A stretch of DNA of 64,000 nucleotides from an uncultured Flavobacteriaceae bacterium (GTDB lineage Bacteria; Pseudomonadota; Alphaproteobacteria; Micropepsales; Micropepsaceae). This document shows, one piece after another, positions 56,408-64,000 of the stretch. Within the stretch, counting starts at the first letter, position 1; each line of letters opens with the position of its first letter. The notes under the pieces were generated by a model. The model did not search any database, was not told the origin of the DNA, and saw nothing but the letters and a program-made list of their open reading frames with translations. The position numbers and the translations under genes are program-made. Location of the stretch: NCBI GenBank assembly GCA_964638635.1, contig CAZXAQ010000003.1:32133-96132 (forward strand). Reading direction: 5' to 3'.

Positions 56408-57688
56408 CGCGGGTTCAACCGGCGCCAACGCGTCGGTCACGACCTTCCCGTCGACCGGTTTGCCCGGCTCGATCCCCAACAGATGCATCACCGTCGGATG
56501 CACGTCGATAATGTCGAGCTGCGGTATCTCCTTGCCCTGCGCCACCCCCGCGCCCCATGCGTAGAACACGCCGTGCATCTCCGGGATCGCCGGATCGTAC
56601 CCGTGCGACGCCTTCAACCCGCCGAGGTTGCCCGGCACGAAAATGTCCGACCAGAACCACGTCATCCCCATCAGATGCGCGTACCAGGGCAGGCTGCTCG
56701 ACGGCGCGATGTAGTACGGCGGCTTCGCAACCAGCATGAGATCGCCGACGCGCGCGCCGTTGCCCAGATGCGAAAACGCCGGATGCTTGGCCGTGCGATA
56801 CACCGTGAACGCATCTTTGTACTGTGACAGTGCGGTCTCGACGCGCTCGATGCTCTCGCCCTTGTCGAGATAGAGATATGCGTTCCCGCCGTCGCCCGCG
56901 TCGCGCACATAGAGCCAGTGCCGGTTGATGATGCGCCCGAGATTGACCACCGGATCGACCGCGATCATGCCGTGATCCGTGCCGACGATGAGCGCCGCTT
57001 CGCGATCCGCCGGCAACGCCTTGATCCCCGCCATCAGTTTGCCCACGATCGCGTCCGCCTTGCGCACTTCGGCGAGCGTCTGCGGCGCGGTCACGCCGTT
57101 CACATGCGCCTCGTGATCGGGCCCACGAAAATAAAGCGCGATCAATCGCGGCCGCTTCGCATCCGTGCTGTTCAACAGCTGAAGCCCGCGTGCGAGCGTC
57201 TCGTCGTCCGAAGGCGCTTGTTCCCACGGCACATAAGGATTGATCACGCCGGCAAGCGCCACCTTCTTCTTGACGTCCCATCGGTTCGCGAAATTGAGTG
57301 CCGCGGCCGGAACACCCTGCCGCTCCGCCGCCTGCCACGCCGGCTCGCAGCCCGAAAGCCACCCCGCATCGCCATTCTCGTCGTACGGCGCGCCGCGATC
57401 GGGATCGAAGAACTTGTTCTGAACAATGCCGTGATGCGCCGGCCAGCACCCGGTCGCGAAGCTCGTGTGATTGGGCAGCGACATCGTCGGATAGACCGGC
57501 ACCAAATGCCGCGACCAAGCGCCTTCCTTCTTGATGCGATCGAGGTTCGGCGTCGCTGTCGCGTCCGCCATCGCCGGCGCGAACCCGTCGAACATCACGA
57601 GCACGACGGTACGCTCCGCAGCATGCGCACCGCCGAAGGCCAAAACCCAAACCACCATGGCAAGTGTCCACAAACGACCCTTGTTCAT
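56393..57688 (-). CDS. Secreted nucleotide pyrophosphatase/phosphodiesterase (alkaline-phosphatase superfamily, NPP-like)
   Basis: Signal peptide MNKGRLWTLAMVVWVLAFGGAHA. VMFDGF...YPTMSLPNHTSFATG (catalytic Thr/Ser region), GTDHGM. Confidence 0.85.
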   Translation of the reverse strand: MNKGRLWTLAMVVWVLAFGGAHAAERTVVLVMFDGFAPAMADATATPNLDRIKKEGAWSRHLVPVYPTMSLPNHTSFATGCWPAHHGIVQNKFFDPDRGAPYDENGDAGWLSGCEPAWQAAERQGVPAAALNFANRWDVKKKVALAGVINPYVPWEQAPSDDETLARGLQLLNSTDAKRPRLIALYFRGPDHEAHVNGVTAPQTLAEVRKADAIVGKLMAGIKALPADREAALIVGTDHGMIAVDPVVNLGRIINRHWLYVRDAGDGGNAYLYLDKGESIERVETALSQYKDAFTVYRTAKHPAFSHLGNGARVGDLMLVAKPPYYIAPSSSLPWYAHLMGMTWFWSDIFVPGNLGGLKASHGYDPAIPEMHGVFYAWGAGVAQGKEIPQLDIIDVHPTVMHLLGIEPGKPVDGKVVTDALAPVEPASGAK

Positions 57689-57764
57689 CACACCTTCCCG
57701 ATTGGCACAGCCTCGATCCACGTTATCATGTCCCGGAGTGATGGCCAGCAGGGAAAGGCGCATC

Positions 57765-58226
57765 ATGCTACTCGACCGCATCTTCGGCGCGATATCCGCC
57801 ACAGCCGTGCTGCTTGGCTTCGCATGTCAGGCCACGTGGCTGACTGGAATCGTAGCGCCGTCGCGACAAGACGATATGACGATGGCGTTCTTCGGTGCGG
57901 CGATCGTCCCGCTCATCTACCTGGTCGCCTACGCCGGGCACCGCGACCGCTTGCCCTACGACGCCGAAGGCAGCCTTGAGCTCCGCCCCATTATTCGTGC
58001 CCTTCCCGGCTGGGCGCAGACCGTCGCCGTGATTCTCTTCATCTACGCGTTCGCTCTCGTCGGAATTGCACTCGTTCCCGCGATCCCGAAGCTCGCCGGC
58101 GACGCTTGCGGCGCAGGCGATTGCCTATCGTGGCCCCACCTCATTACGGCGATGATCGCGATGTTCACGGCCATGTCGTTCGTCGACGCCGTGTACCTCT
58201 GGCGGACTCACGCTGCCAGCGCCTGA
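57765..58226 (+). CDS. Hypothetical integral membrane protein
   Basis: ATG at 57765. Four hydrophobic helices. Confidence 0.5.
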   Translation: MLLDRIFGAISATAVLLGFACQATWLTGIVAPSRQDDMTMAFFGAAIVPLIYLVAYAGHRDRLPYDAEGSLELRPIIRALPGWAQTVAVILFIYAFALVGIALVPAIPKLAGDACGAGDCLSWPHLITAMIAMFTAMSFVDAVYLWRTHAASA

Positions 58227-59347
58227 TACACCGGCATGATCATCTGAAACGCCCGCAGGTCGCCGGTCGTGCCTTCGCCCATCTTGTTCATCACGTAAGC
58301 ACAGCATACGCGCTTGTCCAAATCGGCGATAACCAGCGAACCGCCCCACCCGCCCCAGAAACACGTGTTCGGGCTGGGCAGCGGCATCGCCTGCCCGGGC
58401 AGTCCGTAACCCATCCCATGCCGCACCGGCAGCCCGAGCACCATGTCGAGCCCTTCGATCTGCGGCTCCAGCGCGCGCCGTGTCCCCTGATCCGACATGA
58501 TGCGCTTGCCCTTCGACACCCCGCGATTGGCGAGCACGGTCTGCACCTCCGCAACCGCGCGCGCATTGCCGAAGCCGCCCGCCGCCGGAATCTCGGCGGC
58601 CCGCCAAGCCCGCGTGCGCGGCTCAAGCGCGGTCAGCACCGGATTGTCCAACGTGCGCCCCGCAATCGACTGCGGATCGCGACCTTTGCCCATGCCGTCC
58701 TTCGGCGGAAGCAACTCACCGACGCGCGCATCGTGCGCTGGCGCCAAACCTATATGAAAGTCTGCACCGAGCGGCCCGGCGATCTCCTCGCGAAACACCG
58801 TGCCCACGGTCTTACCCGACGCACGCCGGATCACCTCACCGACCAGAAAACCCTGCGTGACCGCGTGGTACCCAACCTTCTCGCCGGGCGTCCACCACGG
58901 CGCCTGCGCCGCAAGCAACCCGCAAATCCGCTCCCAATCGTAAAGGTCCTCCGCCTTCAGCCGCGCGTCCCACCCCGAAAGTCCCGCCGAGTGCGAAAGC
59001 AGATGACTGACCTTCACCGCGCCTTTCCCGTTCGCCGCGAACTCAGGCCAATAGCGCACGACGGGCGCCTGCAAATCGAGCACCCCGCGATCGGCCAGCA
59101 GCAGCGCCGTCAACGCCGTCATCGTCTTCGTCGTCGAGTAGACGTTGACGATCGTATCGCGCACCCAAGGCCGCGACCGCGCCTCGTCCGCCCAACCACC
59201 CCAGAGATCGACGACGGTCTCGCCCTCAACCGTCACCGCAAACGAGGCGCCGTGATCGAGCCCGCTCGCGAGGTTGCTCGCAAACACGTCACGCACGGCG
59301 GCAAACCGTGCATCGCAGTATCCATGAACTGAAGCATCGGCCATCAT
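58208..59347 (-). CDS. Serine hydrolase (class C beta-lactamase / esterase family)
   Basis: SxxK motif in NVYSTTKTMTALTALLL. ATG at 59347 overlaps the stop of the upstream MBL gene. Confidence 0.85.
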   Translation of the reverse strand: MMADASVHGYCDARFAAVRDVFASNLASGLDHGASFAVTVEGETVVDLWGGWADEARSRPWVRDTIVNVYSTTKTMTALTALLLADRGVLDLQAPVVRYWPEFAANGKGAVKVSHLLSHSAGLSGWDARLKAEDLYDWERICGLLAAQAPWWTPGEKVGYHAVTQGFLVGEVIRRASGKTVGTVFREEIAGPLGADFHIGLAPAHDARVGELLPPKDGMGKGRDPQSIAGRTLDNPVLTALEPRTRAWRAAEIPAAGGFGNARAVAEVQTVLANRGVSKGKRIMSDQGTRRALEPQIEGLDMVLGLPVRHGMGYGLPGQAMPLPSPNTCFWGGWGGSLVIADLDKRVCCAYVMNKMGEGTTGDLRAFQMIMPVYQALAA

Positions 59348-60369
59348 TTGTCCTTCGAGTGAGCAAACGTTGTTCCAGCAGCGGCACTTTCCGGCGGCGG
59401 AAACGGATCGGTCTTGCGCCAAGCGCGCGGAAGAACCACCTGGACGCCAGTGTCCCGTTCCTTCCGCTTGAGGTATTTCATTGCCGCGTCGAAATTGTGC
59501 GCTGGCGGCCGGAAGGGTCTCAATTCCTCCTCGCCGATCTCAAGTCGGTCGAACATGTAGTCCCAATGAATCGGAAAGACGCGCTTTGCGCCGACGGTCG
59601 TTACGACTTCATTCCAGTAGGCGTCGCGCTCTTCGTCTTTCATATCGCCCAGAGGGACGATTCCCAAGTAAACGACATCTGCTTTGAAGCCCTTTAGCGC
59701 ACCCTGAAGGTATCCCGCGCTGCTGTGCACCAACACCGTTCGCCCGCTCTCCAAAAACTCGATGAAGATCGAGAAGCACCCGCCTTCCTTGTATTTCGTG
59801 AAGAACACCGGTGGGACCAGTTTCTCCTTGATCTCGCTTTCGTCGCTGAACGGCGTATCGCCGTGTTTCGAGCGTATTGTCGTCACCCTGAAAACCGGGT
59901 TCTTTTCCGGAACCAGAAATGTCGTCGGTTTCGCAGGGTGGATCAGTCGAAACGACCCTGGAAACTCGACACCTTCGGCGATGAATTGGGTCGATCGGGA
60001 CCCGATCAACGTGGCGTCTTGCGACTCCGCAAGGACAGGCGCATCCATCGCGTGATCATAGTGCGAATGCGTGGTGATGACCGCGTCCAACTTTGATGCG
60101 ATCTTCACCGCTTTCCAAATGCGATCGATCTCCACCTTGTCCGGCTCGACCCTAATCAAGTCGATCGCATCGGGGCGCGAAAAGAAGCCGTCCGTCGCGA
60201 TCGCATGCCCCCTATATTCGAACACGAGAGTCGAAACGCCGAGAAAGGTGGCGTTGACGCCGTCTTGGGGTGCAGCCGCGGGATAGGAATCGCCATACCA
60301 ATCCTTGGAAGCGCATCCACCCAACACGGCAAGCATCGTTGCCGCGATCAGCGCTCGGAAGATATGCAT
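59344..60369 (-). CDS. MBL-fold metallo-hydrolase lipoprotein
   Basis: Lipobox LAVLGGC and THSHYDH metal motif. Confidence 0.8.
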   Translation of the reverse strand: MHIFRALIAATMLAVLGGCASKDWYGDSYPAAAPQDGVNATFLGVSTLVFEYRGHAIATDGFFSRPDAIDLIRVEPDKVEIDRIWKAVKIASKLDAVITTHSHYDHAMDAPVLAESQDATLIGSRSTQFIAEGVEFPGSFRLIHPAKPTTFLVPEKNPVFRVTTIRSKHGDTPFSDESEIKEKLVPPVFFTKYKEGGCFSIFIEFLESGRTVLVHSSAGYLQGALKGFKADVVYLGIVPLGDMKDEERDAYWNEVVTTVGAKRVFPIHWDYMFDRLEIGEEELRPFRPPAHNFDAAMKYLKRKERDTGVQVVLPRAWRKTDPFPPPESAAAGTTFAHSKDK

Positions 60370-60459
60370 TTCCCCTCTCCTCGACTGTCCGGCATGGCGC
60401 CGCCTGCTCGATCTTCATATGATGTCCAAGTAACGGTTACGTCGCAACTAGGCTCCACC

Positions 60460-61335
60460 TTGCTCCAAAACGGCGCACCGCCCGAATCCCGAACAATCTT
60501 GCTGACCGGAGTCGCGATGATCGCGTTCGCGGCGAACTCGCTGCTCTGCCGCAAGGCACTCGGCGCGGACTTGATCGACGCCGGCAGCTTCGCCGCGCTC
60601 CGCACGGCGGCAGGCGCGTTGACACTCGGCGCCATCCTCGCCGCACGCGGAAACCTGCGCGCGCTCAAAGCCGACCACTGGCGCACCGGCGCGATGCTGT
60701 TCACCTACATGGTCTTCTTCACCTTCGCCTACCGGACGCTAAGCGCGGGCACGGGCGCGCTGATCCTGTTCGGCGCGGTGCAGCTCACGATGTTCGTCGC
60801 CGCACTACGCAGCGGTGAGACATTCTCCACGCTCTCATGGGGCGGGCTCGCGCTCGCCGTCGCGGGCCTCGTTTATCTGGTCTCGCCGGGCCTCAGCGCG
60901 CCCGATCCGCTCGGCGCGCTACTGATGGCGATCGCAGGCGTTGCCTGGGGCCTCTACTCGCTGCTCGGCCGCTCCGCCAGCGACCCACTCGGCGCAACAG
61001 CCGGCGCCTTCGTCGCGGCGTTGCCTGCGGTCCTTTTGGTCAGTGCCGGCGCCGGCGCGTTGAACGGATTTCACATCGACATGACCGGCGCTACGCTGGC
61101 AATCGCCTCGGGCGCCATCGCCTCCGGCTGCGGCTACGTCGTCTGGTACGCCGCCCTGCGCGGTCTCAGCGCGGCGCGCGCCGCCATCGTCCAGCTCTCG
61201 GTTCCCGTGATCGCGGCGTTCGGCGGCGTCCTCTTCCTCGCCGAGGACATCACGCTGCGCCTGATCGTGGCCTCGATCGCGACACTCGGCGGCGTCGCCA
61301 TCGTGCTCGCGCAACGCACGGCCAAGCGCATCTAG
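60460..61335 (+). CDS. EamA/DMT-family transporter
   Basis: 10 TM-like segments with a two-fold repeat architecture. Start uncertain (TTG 60460 or ATG 60517). The track start 60205 overlaps the divergent MBL gene. Confidence 0.8.
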   Translation: MLQNGAPPESRTILLTGVAMIAFAANSLLCRKALGADLIDAGSFAALRTAAGALTLGAILAARGNLRALKADHWRTGAMLFTYMVFFTFAYRTLSAGTGALILFGAVQLTMFVAALRSGETFSTLSWGGLALAVAGLVYLVSPGLSAPDPLGALLMAIAGVAWGLYSLLGRSASDPLGATAGAFVAALPAVLLVSAGAGALNGFHIDMTGATLAIASGAIASGCGYVVWYAALRGLSAARAAIVQLSVPVIAAFGGVLFLAEDITLRLIVASIATLGGVAIVLAQRTAKRI

Positions 61336-62102
61336 CTCTGGTTCCGCGGCCGGTCGCTCACCACGACCATCGGCCCCAACGGATAGTCCGCATCGCGCCG
61401 CCCGCTCGACGGCACCCACAAACTCGACACCGCGCCGTCCAAATAAAGCGCATCCTCGCATTTCAACGCGTCGCGAAAGAACCGCGCGAACTTCCCGAAC
61501 GAAACCGGCTCGTCGCTGATCACGAAATAGGCGACCTCTTCATGCACGCCGACGCCGTTGCGTGTATAGCGCGAGGCGCCGTCCTGCCCGAACTGCGCAT
61601 TCAGCCGCCCCGCGATGACAAGCATCGGCCCCGATTGCGTCGCCCAGACAGGCTTCGCGCCACTGCTCGCATAGTCCGCCGTGGTCAACACGTGCGGCTG
61701 GCGTTTGTCGTCGACGAAGAACACACCGTTCGGCTGCATATAGAAATTGCCGGACCCCGTTTGCTGGTTCAGCGCACGATCCTCGCGCCCGTTCGCGACG
61801 AAGAGGCCGACCGGCCCGCCGCCCGGATCGAACATGCCGGCGTTCATTGCAAAGACCACGCGCCGCGCATCCACCAGCCCGCTCGCCGCCAGCGCCTCGA
61901 AACTGCCGAGCGCATGCCCCTGCCCGTCCGCCCAAACGAGGGTGACCTCCTGCCGGCCCGGCCGGTAGACGCAAACGCTGAACGTGCTGCCCTCGAACGC
62001 GCGCGGCTCGCACACCGTCGTGCGCATCGTCATGCGATAGGCAAGCACGCCCGCGACGAGAAGCGCGAAGACCGCCAGATACCGGAAAGCCGTACTGCGC
62101 AT
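61332..62102 (-). CDS. Phosphodiester glycosidase-like (DUF2233) protein with N-terminal membrane anchor
   Basis: FAMNAGMF, NFYMQPNGVF, TQSGPMLV, RNGVGV, ALYLDGAVSS are blocks typical of this family. Confidence 0.7.
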   Translation of the reverse strand: MRSTAFRYLAVFALLVAGVLAYRMTMRTTVCEPRAFEGSTFSVCVYRPGRQEVTLVWADGQGHALGSFEALAASGLVDARRVVFAMNAGMFDPGGGPVGLFVANGREDRALNQQTGSGNFYMQPNGVFFVDDKRQPHVLTTADYASSGAKPVWATQSGPMLVIAGRLNAQFGQDGASRYTRNGVGVHEEVAYFVISDEPVSFGKFARFFRDALKCEDALYLDGAVSSLWVPSSGRRDADYPLGPMVVVSDRPRNQS

Positions 62103-62106
62103 GCGC

Positions 62107-62754
62107 CTACTCGTACCGCTCTTCAAGCCACGGATCGCCGACATTGTGATAGCCGCGCACTTCCCAATAACCCGGCTTGTCGTCGCGACTGAATTCCATG
62201 CGCTTCACCCACTTCGCGCTCTTCCAGAAGTAATAGCGCGGAATGACGATCCGAACCGGCCCACCATGCTGACGCGTGATCGGATAACCCTCCCACGAAT
62301 GCGCGATCATCACGTCGTCCGCCGTGAACGCCTCAAGCGCGACATTCGTCGTGTAGCCGTCATAGGCGTGAAAGATCACGTGGCCCGCCTCCGCCTTCGG
62401 CCGCACGAGCGCGATCAAATCGCGCGCCGAAACGCCAACCCAATGATTGTCGTAACGGCTCCACTTCGTGACGCAATGAATGTCGGAAACACTCTCCGTC
62501 TGCGGCAGCGCCGTGAGCTGCGCATAGGTGAGCGAAGTCGGGTTCTCGACCAGCCCGTCAACAGACAGTTTCCAATCGTCCCTTGTGACATCCGGCTGAA
62601 GCCCCAAATCGAGCACCGGCCAGTTCGCCACCAGCCGCTGCCCCGGCGGCAACCGGTTCACCCGCTCCGGATCCGTCACGCCCGTAATGTTCCGTGCCGC
62701 CTTGGCCCAGCGCATCTTCGCGGCCAAGAGCTTCTCGTTGATGTCGTCGCTCAT
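62107..62754 (-). CDS. Sulfite-oxidase-like molybdopterin oxidoreductase (small, cytoplasmic type)
   Basis: DIHCVTKWS (Mo-ligand Cys region), GGPVRIVIP.YYFWKSAKWV. Confidence 0.8.
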   Translation of the reverse strand: MSDDINEKLLAAKMRWAKAARNITGVTDPERVNRLPPGQRLVANWPVLDLGLQPDVTRDDWKLSVDGLVENPTSLTYAQLTALPQTESVSDIHCVTKWSRYDNHWVGVSARDLIALVRPKAEAGHVIFHAYDGYTTNVALEAFTADDVMIAHSWEGYPITRQHGGPVRIVIPRYYFWKSAKWVKRMEFSRDDKPGYWEVRGYHNVGDPWLEERYE

Positions 62755-62761
62755 GAAGCGC

Positions 62762-63241
62762 TCACCCCTTCTGCCGCATCAAGCGCCCCTTCTCGCGCTC
62801 CCAATCGCGCTTTTTCTCCGTGTCGCGTTTGTCGTGCAGCTTCTTGCCCTTGGCGAGGCCAAGCTCCACCTTCGCGCGGCCCTTTGCGTTGAAGATGATT
62901 TTGAGCGGCACCAGCGTCATGCCTTCGCGCTCGACCGCTTGGCTGAGCTTCGCGATCTGGTTCTTCCGGAGCAGCAGCTTCCGCACGCGCCTGGGCTCGT
63001 GATTGAACCGGTTCCCTTCCGTGTATTCGGGAATGTACGAATTCACGAGGAAGATCTCCCCGCCCTTCGGATGCGCGTAGGACTCACCAATCGTGGCCTT
63101 GCCGCCGCGCAGCGACTTCACCTCCGTGCCGGTCAGCATGATGCCGGCCTCCACCACCTCTTCGATGAAGTAGTTGTGCCGCGCCTTGCGGTTGTCCGCC
63201 GCGATCTTGACCCCGGCGTCCTTGTCTTTTTTCGCAGCCAT
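62762..63241 (-). CDS. smpB: SsrA-binding protein
   Basis: [25 protein letters not shown]; C-terminal basic tail. Confidence 0.95.
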   Translation of the reverse strand: MAAKKDKDAGVKIAADNRKARHNYFIEEVVEAGIMLTGTEVKSLRGGKATIGESYAHPKGGEIFLVNSYIPEYTEGNRFNHEPRRVRKLLLRKNQIAKLSQAVEREGMTLVPLKIIFNAKGRAKVELGLAKGKKLHDKRDTEKKRDWEREKGRLMRQKG

Positions 63242-63250
63242 GGGGTCCGA

Positions 63251-64000
63251 TCAGTTCAGCAGGCCAACCTTCGTCATCGCCGCCCGCACTTTCGCCTTCG
63301 ACGTCTCGCTAAGCGGCGCCAGCGGCAGGCGCACCGTTTCTTCGCACTTTGCCAACAGACTCACTGCGTACTTCACCGGAGCGGGGCTCGTCTCGCAGAA
63401 CAGCGTATCGTGCAGCGGCATCAACCGCTCATGTAACTCGCGCGCCGTCGCGAAGTCGCCCCGCGCGCACGCCACCTGAAACTCGGAGCACAGCCGCGGC
63501 GCCACATTCGCCGTCACCGAGATGCAGCCCACGCCGCCATGCGCGTTGAAGCCCAGCGCCGTGCCGTCCTCACCCGAAATCTGCAAGAACTTCGGTCCGC
63601 AAAGCGCACGCTGCTGCGTCGCCCGCGCGACGTCGGCTGTCGCATCCTTCACGCCCACGATATTGGCGATCTTGGCAAGCCGCCCCATCGTGTCCGGCGC
63701 GATGTCCGACGACGTCCGCTTCGGCACGTTGTAGAGCAGGATCGGCAAACGGGTCGCCTTCGCGATCGCCTCGAAGTGCAGGTACATCCCATCCTGCGTC
63801 GGCCTGTTGTAATAAGGCGCCACCACCAGCGCCGCATCCGCGCCCAACTTCTGCGCGAGTTGGGTCAGTTCAATCGCGTGCGCCGTGGAGTTCGAGCCGG
63901 TCCCGGCGATCACCGGCACCCTACCCTTCGCGGCCTTGACCGCCGCACCCACAACTGCTGCGAACTCGTCCTCCGACAAAGTTGGGGATTCCCCCGTCGT
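63251..64000 (-). CDS. dapA: 4-hydroxy-tetrahydrodipicolinate synthase (3' ~250 codons; N-terminus beyond window end)
   Basis: VIAGTGSNST, APYYNRPTQDGMY.HF, PILLYNVPKRT, GVKDAT. The frame is open to base 64000, so the track start at 63979 is an internal Met. Confidence 0.93.
   Translation of the reverse strand, partial: TTGESPTLSEDEFAAVVGAAVKAAKGRVPVIAGTGSNSTAHAIELTQLAQKLGADAALVVAPYYNRPTQDGMYLHFEAIAKATRLPILLYNVPKRTSSDIAPDTMGRLAKIANIVGVKDATADVARATQQRALCGPKFLQISGEDGTALGFNAHGGVGCISVTANVAPRLCSEFQVACARGDFATARELHERLMPLHDTLFCETSPAPVKYAVSLLAKCEETVRLPLAPLSETSKAKVRAAMTKVGLLN

Noticed and set aside
59344-60369. Possible horizontally acquired island around the MBL-fold lipoprotein gene (looks somewhat less GC-rich)
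   Set aside because: The composition difference is modest by eye. There are no flanking repeats, tRNA or mobility genes, so the evidence is insufficient without a computed GC or codon-usage profile.
60837-62192. 451-aa plus-strand ORF
   Set aside because: It is an out-of-frame or antisense shadow of the EamA transporter and DUF2233 genes, with an Arg-rich translation.

Overview
High-GC chromosomal window with alphaproteobacterial (Hyphomicrobiales-like) gene order and about 65 protein-coding genes. I saw no rRNA, tRNA, CRISPR array, integrase or transposase. Many long arginine-rich ORFs in the track are antisense shadows of real genes and were ignored. Two edge genes are missing or truncated in the track: an AceE-like E1 enzyme at <1..1546(-) and dapA at 63251..>64000(-). 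Housekeeping blocks: 32.0-44.0 kb (parC, recO, era, rnc, two tandem lepB, acpS, pdxJ, pyrE, spoT/rel, rpoZ, folK) and 62.7-64 kb (smpB, dapA). Accessory regions of interest, best first. (1) 12.8-21.7 kb: a Sec-signal RHS/YD-repeat giant protein of 2080 aa with an N-terminal transglutaminase-like core. Its visibly lower-GC 3' cassette encodes a 181-aa glycine-zipper-like C-terminal domain followed by a small multi-TM candidate immunity gene. It sits divergent from a secreted YD + 4x cadherin-like repeat protein. No T6SS, PAAR or VgrG is present in the window. (2) 2.5-8.0 kb: a tight five-gene operon comprising a CsgG-family lipoprotein, a 340-aa secreted repeat protein, a 145-aa secreted G/S/N-rich protein and two secreted TPR proteins, next to a LuxR-type response regulator. 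This is a candidate non-canonical CsgG-dependent fibre or adhesin system (curli/Hfa-like, but without CsgE/F and without canonical curlin repeats). (3) 21.7-25.2 kb: a tandem 20-nt repeat array, then a truncated paralogue and a full-length PilZ-like/SAM-methyltransferase fusion gene forming ~500-bp direct repeats around a beta-barrel OMP gene. (4) 53.10-53.41 kb: a non-coding element with nested perfect inverted repeats (46 bp outer, 21 bp inner). (5) 48.2-53.0 kb: a TetR / WS-DGAT / hydrolase / phasin / SDR neutral-lipid cluster. (6) 54.66-56.41 kb: a desaturase-TetR operon with a 22-bp perfect palindrome. All family assignments come from motif-level reading of the translations; no database search was run.
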